Shown one piece after another: positions 58,736 to 64,000 of a stretch of 64,000 bases of DNA. This DNA is from the human T2T-CHM13v2.0 reference genome, Homo sapiens. The position numbers were made by a program, and so were the translations under genes. Within the stretch, counting starts at the first letter, position 1. Each line of letters opens with the position of its first letter. The DNA lies in assembly GCF_009914755.1 (NCBI RefSeq), contig NC_060925.1. The stretch is one strand, 5' to 3'. The notes under the pieces were generated by a model. It saw nothing but the letters and a program-made list of their open reading frames with translations. It had not been told where the DNA came from and made no database searches.

Positions 58736-60747
58736 AGAATTTTCTAAGAGCCTTTTAGGATGCAGCTATACCACGGTTACATTTATTTTAACTTGTAGAA
58801 GTTTTGCTTTTTTTTTTTTTTTTTTAAAAAGCAATCACTCTTGGAGATACTAGATACTACAACTATTACCTAAAAACTTACCATGATAACTAGTTGAGAA
58901 CAAAGCTTTGTAAGGATAAGCACTGAGTTGAGTTGGGGTGTGGACGGGGGGGGGGGGATGGTGGCAACAGAATATTAAGAAGAAAAAGAAGCCTACGGAA
59001 ACCTGGGTATGATATCAAAACAACAAAGATTATACTACCTAATAAATGTAAGTACAGTAAGTATGGCATCTTTATACACCACAAGCCAAATTCACATCCA
59101 CTACTTCATTGATTAAAACTGTACAGTTTATCATGTTGCTAACGCAATGTAGAACCCAAAGTTCCAAGAGGCGAGGTGATTTGGCCAAGTCTTCACGGCG
59201 TGAAAGGGCTGAGATCGGAACTCAGCCTGTGCTTCCTGAACCCAGCTCTCTCCAGCCATCTCATTGCCTCACTGAACCTCACCTAACAGTCATGTACGTT
59301 GTTAACTTCTTAACTGAAATATTTCCAATCAATGCAAGAACCCTAACACACTCTGAGACCACTGAGTACAAACAAGCTGGCAGCCCAGCATCACCCGTCC
59401 CACAGCGCCCACCAGGAGTTCACACGTGAAGCCTAATTCATCCCTTAAAAAAAAAAAAAAAGTGTTAGAAAAATGTGAAACCAATGAATCTGCCAGCATG
59501 GTTGTTTCACATAGAAAATCTGGAATCCAGCATCTAAATAAATGGTAGAATACTGTTGCTACCAGCTGTGATTCCATTTAAGACACCATTTGTGGAAAAT
59601 ATTTATTATGGTCTTCCATTTTCTCAGCACAAAATCAAAGAAAATTGAGAAATATGAAATTACATTGTCTTCAAAAATCCTGTCATAGAGTAACTCAGCT
59701 CTCACAGCTATCCTCTGAAGATGTTATTGATGTTCTACCAAGTTGATGGAGTAATATAATTTGCTAGCAGGAAAAAATGCTGGCAAACAGAATTGTGTTC
59801 ATTAGAGCGGTATCTTTACAACGCCTTCTTCCACTTTCATTACTTTTCAAGATCACACATCATGTCACAGGGCCGAACCACAGCCTTGCTATGCCCTGGA
59901 TATTTCAGTATTTTTTTACAGTTGGAAGCAGATTCTTAACGCTTGTGCAAATTACAGCTATTTTTGCTAAAATGGGCTCATTTATGCTGCTGGGGAAAAG
60001 AAGCCTCTCTGTCTCCCTCTCTCTGAAGGTCTATGAGGCAGCTCTTTACATGTAGCTCCCATTACTTCAGGCTCGTAAGTTCCCGCGGGGGCAGTCTCTT
60101 CCATAACCAATCATCAGACCTAGCGCTGGACCAGTTCACATCCACACTGTGAAGTAAGCATCGTTTGTCTTTACTCCCTTTCCATCCCTCTTAGTTCTGA
60201 CAAGTTTTCTCTTTCACTTGGGCTGAAGGACTCACCAACGGCCTTCTTAGTGTGGCCTCACAAATGCTGCCTTCTCCAGAGCAGCTTTCTCCAGAAGTTC
60301 CCTCTTTACCCAGTCAAAACTTCCAAGCCTCCTTTAGAAAAGTCTGATCCCATCAGGGTGTTAAAAAAAAAAAAAGGCAACCTTATTAGATGAAATTACA
60401 GGTGTTAATGATTAATAATTTCATAGATGAGTTTAGATTTTGAGGGAGAAATTCTTATCAACTCAAAACAATTTTTAATAGGTAAAATTTGAAACAACAC
60501 AACTACGTGCTGCATTTTCATCCGTGGGAAGGAAAAGGATTTTTGGGCACAAGCGACTCCCAGATTCCTCAAAAGCAAACCACGGAGAGTTGAGCTTCAT
60601 GTGTGTGGTAGAGGTTCAAGCACGGTATAGGGAGTCGACTTTCGAACTGGGCATTGTACTGGTCACATGCTCAACCTTGCTGCTGAAGTGTCCTTTAAAT
60701 CACTTAGTCCTGGGAAGCAAATGCAAGATGCATGGATGGGACCTGAC

Positions 60748-61051
60748 CAGATTAGCACAGGGAACAGGGCAAGGAGAATGGTGAGCAGATTAACACAGGG
60801 AACAGCGCAAGGAGAATGGAGTCTAGATTAGCACAGGGAACAGGGCAAGGAGAATGGAGTCCAGATTAACACAGGGAACAGGGCAAGGGGAATGGTGACC
60901 AGACTAGCACAGGGAACAGGGCAAGGAGAATGGTGACCAGATTAACACAGGGAACAGGGCAAGGAGAATGGAGTCCAGATTAGCACAGGGAACAGGGCAA
61001 GAAGAATGGTGACCAGATTAGCACAGGGAACAGGGCGAGGAGAATGGTGTC
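60748..61051. repeat. 38-bp minisatellite (VNTR), 8 copies
   Basis: Unit cagatta(g/a)cacagggaacagggcaaggagaatgg(tgac/agtc) starts at 60748, 60786, 60824, 60862, 60900, 60938, 60976 and 61014. Confidence 0.97.
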
Positions 61052-62639
61052 CAGGGCACCTATGAAGCATTGCTTCTACTTTCTGAGCTGCTGGAATAGA
61101 CTACAAGCTTTGTGGTCTGCATTCCTCTACTTCTACTAAGCGTTCACATGACTCGGGAGGCCAGATGTTATTCCTGGCTCATGCCTACTAGGTTAAAGGA
61201 GTGGGGGATGCTTTACTTCCAATTATTGAAATGAATCACAGACTGTTTAGAGCCAGAAGGAAGCAGAGATCACCTGCTTCAACCCTGTCACCTTAAAGAT
61301 GATGAAATAGCCTAGAAAAGTTGCCCTAGGCCCACTCAGGCCATGCAGCAAGCTCTAAGCCCCTCAGCTCTATCAAGTTGGGTACACAAAAGGTGCTTAA
61401 TAAGTGTTGGCTAGCCTAGTGGCTGGATTCCTGAGGTCTGCTTCCTAGTTCCATGCTCCTTTCATTATAACTCCCTCCCATGCCCACCATCCCCACTCCC
61501 ACATTCTTCGTTCCAGTCTCTGGTGGAAAACAATCACAGACCATGCCAGAGTCCAGAATAAGACCCCAAAGTGAGTTAGGGGACGGTCCACTTACTCAGT
61601 TACTTATGACTCTAATTATGTGCCAAGTGGTGCCAGTGTGCCACTGCTAATTATTACTACACAGGCTTCAGAAACTGGGCCAATTCTTTCTTCCTTCCAG
61701 GAGGAGGTTTGGACTAGGGGACCGAGAAGGTGGCTCTCAGGAAAGCATTCCGAAAGTTTCTCTATCACGGAGTATCCTTTGAAGGTGAAGTCAAGAACTC
61801 CTCTTGGAACACGGCACCAGGAGCTTTTGGAGTCCCGGATGCTTGCGGATGACTCCCCTTAATGAAATGTAGGTATGACAAGGTGTACGTGGCACTAGGT
61901 TCAGACCATGATAATGTGCCATTTCGGGGACCTGAATTCCTATTATGATGTAAGTCCTTTCAGAGAGACTTTCATAGGCAGCTCCCTAATGAGGCAAAGG
62001 TCTCCGTAGCTCCTCACGTATAAATGGAAAGTTGTTGCACAGAGGAACAGGGCCCTTTCTAACCAAGCTAGCAGGGACAGGAATGGCACTAGAACCCAGT
62101 ATATTTCTGCACAGACTCAGGATTTTTAATAGTCTGCAATACGGCAAGCTGTAAGCAAGGAAATATTCCAATAAAAAAATAAAATACAGACTAAGAAGAA
62201 AGCCACAGTCAATATTTGATTATAGAATTCAATGAATGATTGGGGTAATATAAACAGGGGATGACCCCCAAATTCTTGATGTTGGCCTGAAAGTATTGTT
62301 TTTATTTATATTTAAGTACAATTGTGTGGTCTGTATTCTGGAAATTTCCTTGAAACTAAATATTGGTGCCAAATGAAGTCCACAGAGAATTTTATAAGCT
62401 CTATATTTTACCTATTTCCACCATTTTCCAATTCTCCTCAACACGAATAGCTGACTTCTTTCACTGCTCCCAAAACATTGTTGGGACAAAGATGGTCTAT
62501 GGGTTAATGGATTTCCCTGCTCAGGCTTTGTACTTTCTAGCTGGCAATTATAGCTCCTTACATACTATTGATTAAAGAAAAATTCCATCTCTGGTGTTGC
62601 ATCCACCTTTGGAAAAGTGAAACTAGAATTCATTGACCA

Positions 62640-62940
62640 GTTTGTTCATTTATTTGTTCATTCATTCATTCATGCATTCACATTACAGATTCCACATTTA
62701 CTGAGCACCCATTATGGGCCAGACACTACAGGGATAAGCTGGGAAATAAGGGAGACCACGGTTCCTGTCCTCATGGATCTTACATCACTGTGGAAGGGCC
62801 AGATACTGGAAAGTATTAACAAGTCTGGTGAGTACTGGGCAGGCTTCAAAAGGGACCTACAGTAGTCAGAGCTGCTCTAGAGAGTCAGGAAAAACTTAGA
62901 AGAGACACTTTCATTGGGGGCTGGTAGATGAGTAAAAATT
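62640..62940 (-). mobile_element. L2 3' end fragment
   Basis: (cattt/catt)n tail followed by atttactgagcacccattatgggccagacact...cctgtcctcatggatcttaca. Confidence 0.7.
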
Positions 62941-64000
62941 AGGCTGATGAAAAAACAGTAGGTGGAAAACCCCCAGGGGCACAAAACAGCAACACTGAGA
63001 ATTCAACGAACTGATGGAAAGTCAAGAGTGTCCCAACTATAGAAGGAGAGCTGCAGTGAGGAATGAATGAATGAATGACCCTACTTGCTAGATTAGTGGA
63101 ATCAACCCCAGTGATGAATGGGGCAACACGGGCAGAGCCCACTCTTATCTACCCACTGGGGCACTAGGTCCAAGTGAGGGGAGAACCCCCAGAGTCAGGG
63201 TCGGCAAAGCTTTTCGAGGGCAGCATCTGCACCTTGAGGGCAATTGTACTTTCTATACTTGGCTCCAAACCAGGCACACAGTCAGCACCTAAAAAATGTG
63301 GATGCTTTTAGAAAAGACAGAGTCACAAGCACATAATTAGAGAAAGCCTCTTTTGGTCAGAGGGAGAGCCTCATTTCTGAAGCAGGAATTTCTGCCACAG
63401 ATAAGCCACAATGGGGGATGAGTGTACTCTGTGATTCTTTGGCTAACTGAACCATTTGCATGGACACTGCTAATTTTGGGAAAGATGACTGAACAGCTTT
63501 ATGGGTCAAATTTGAGACTGAGTTGTAGAGCCAGATTTGAATCCAAGACTGGATGACTCTGTTCCATCTAATCATCAGGCTCATTCATTTCCAGATAAAA
63601 TGATTTTTTTTCTGCTTACTCTGCTTTCCTGAGCAAACTGTACTTTTCAGTTGCAAAATATTACATTTACCTCAAAGCCCAGGGAAAATAAAGGTAGGTG
63701 ATACAAATGACCCTTTTTTGTGACTGTGGATGTGAATTTGGTCTCTGTCCTAAGAAATGATGTGCAGGAACTGGGGAGAAAGGAGGAGGCCATGGTGAAG
63801 CTCACCACCCAGGCTGCATGTCTTCAATAAGCTACACCATGAAAAAGCTACATCCCTACCAGACAAGCAATTCCTCCCCTGGTATCCAAGGTCTCAGTGA
63901 TTTCATCAAGCTGGCCACTTTCTTCTTCATCCACATGGGATACCTATACTAAACTACTCTGGGCATCTTATGGGGAATAAAATCAGTTGGGGGAAAGAGA

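Noticed and set aside
58275-58853. 192-aa ORF
   Set aside because: Made of a GA repeat plus antisense Alu sequence.
60748-61051. Regularly spaced repeats superficially like a CRISPR array
   Set aside because: Contiguous tandem units with no unique spacers in a primate genome; a minisatellite.

Overview
Primate (very probably human) genomic DNA, roughly half interspersed repeats. It contains the 3' end of the lysine methyltransferase gene SMYD3 on the minus strand. The penultimate coding exon is at 36772-36880 (109 nt, GT-AG). The last exon has its CDS at 22294-22395, ending ...EECDANIRAS*, followed by a short 3'UTR with two AATAAA signals. Everything to the right of 36880 is one long intron; no further SMYD3 exon was recognised. 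Positions 1-22 kb are intergenic: nested L1s, a degraded ERV-L gag-pol remnant, Alus, Tigger3a, and an L1PA7-like element with a 5' inversion inserted into an MLT1 LTR. The intron holds a TSD-flanked SVA with a very short VNTR, a 38-bp minisatellite, and several local duplications or templated insertions. Almost all long ORFs in the track are L1/Alu/SVA or simple-repeat artefacts. I found no evidence of a new gene system. The best leads are retrotransposition and DNA-repair scars and possible post-transcriptional regulation of the SMYD3 3' end. Repeat subfamily calls come from remembered consensus sequences and boundaries are approximate unless TSDs are given.
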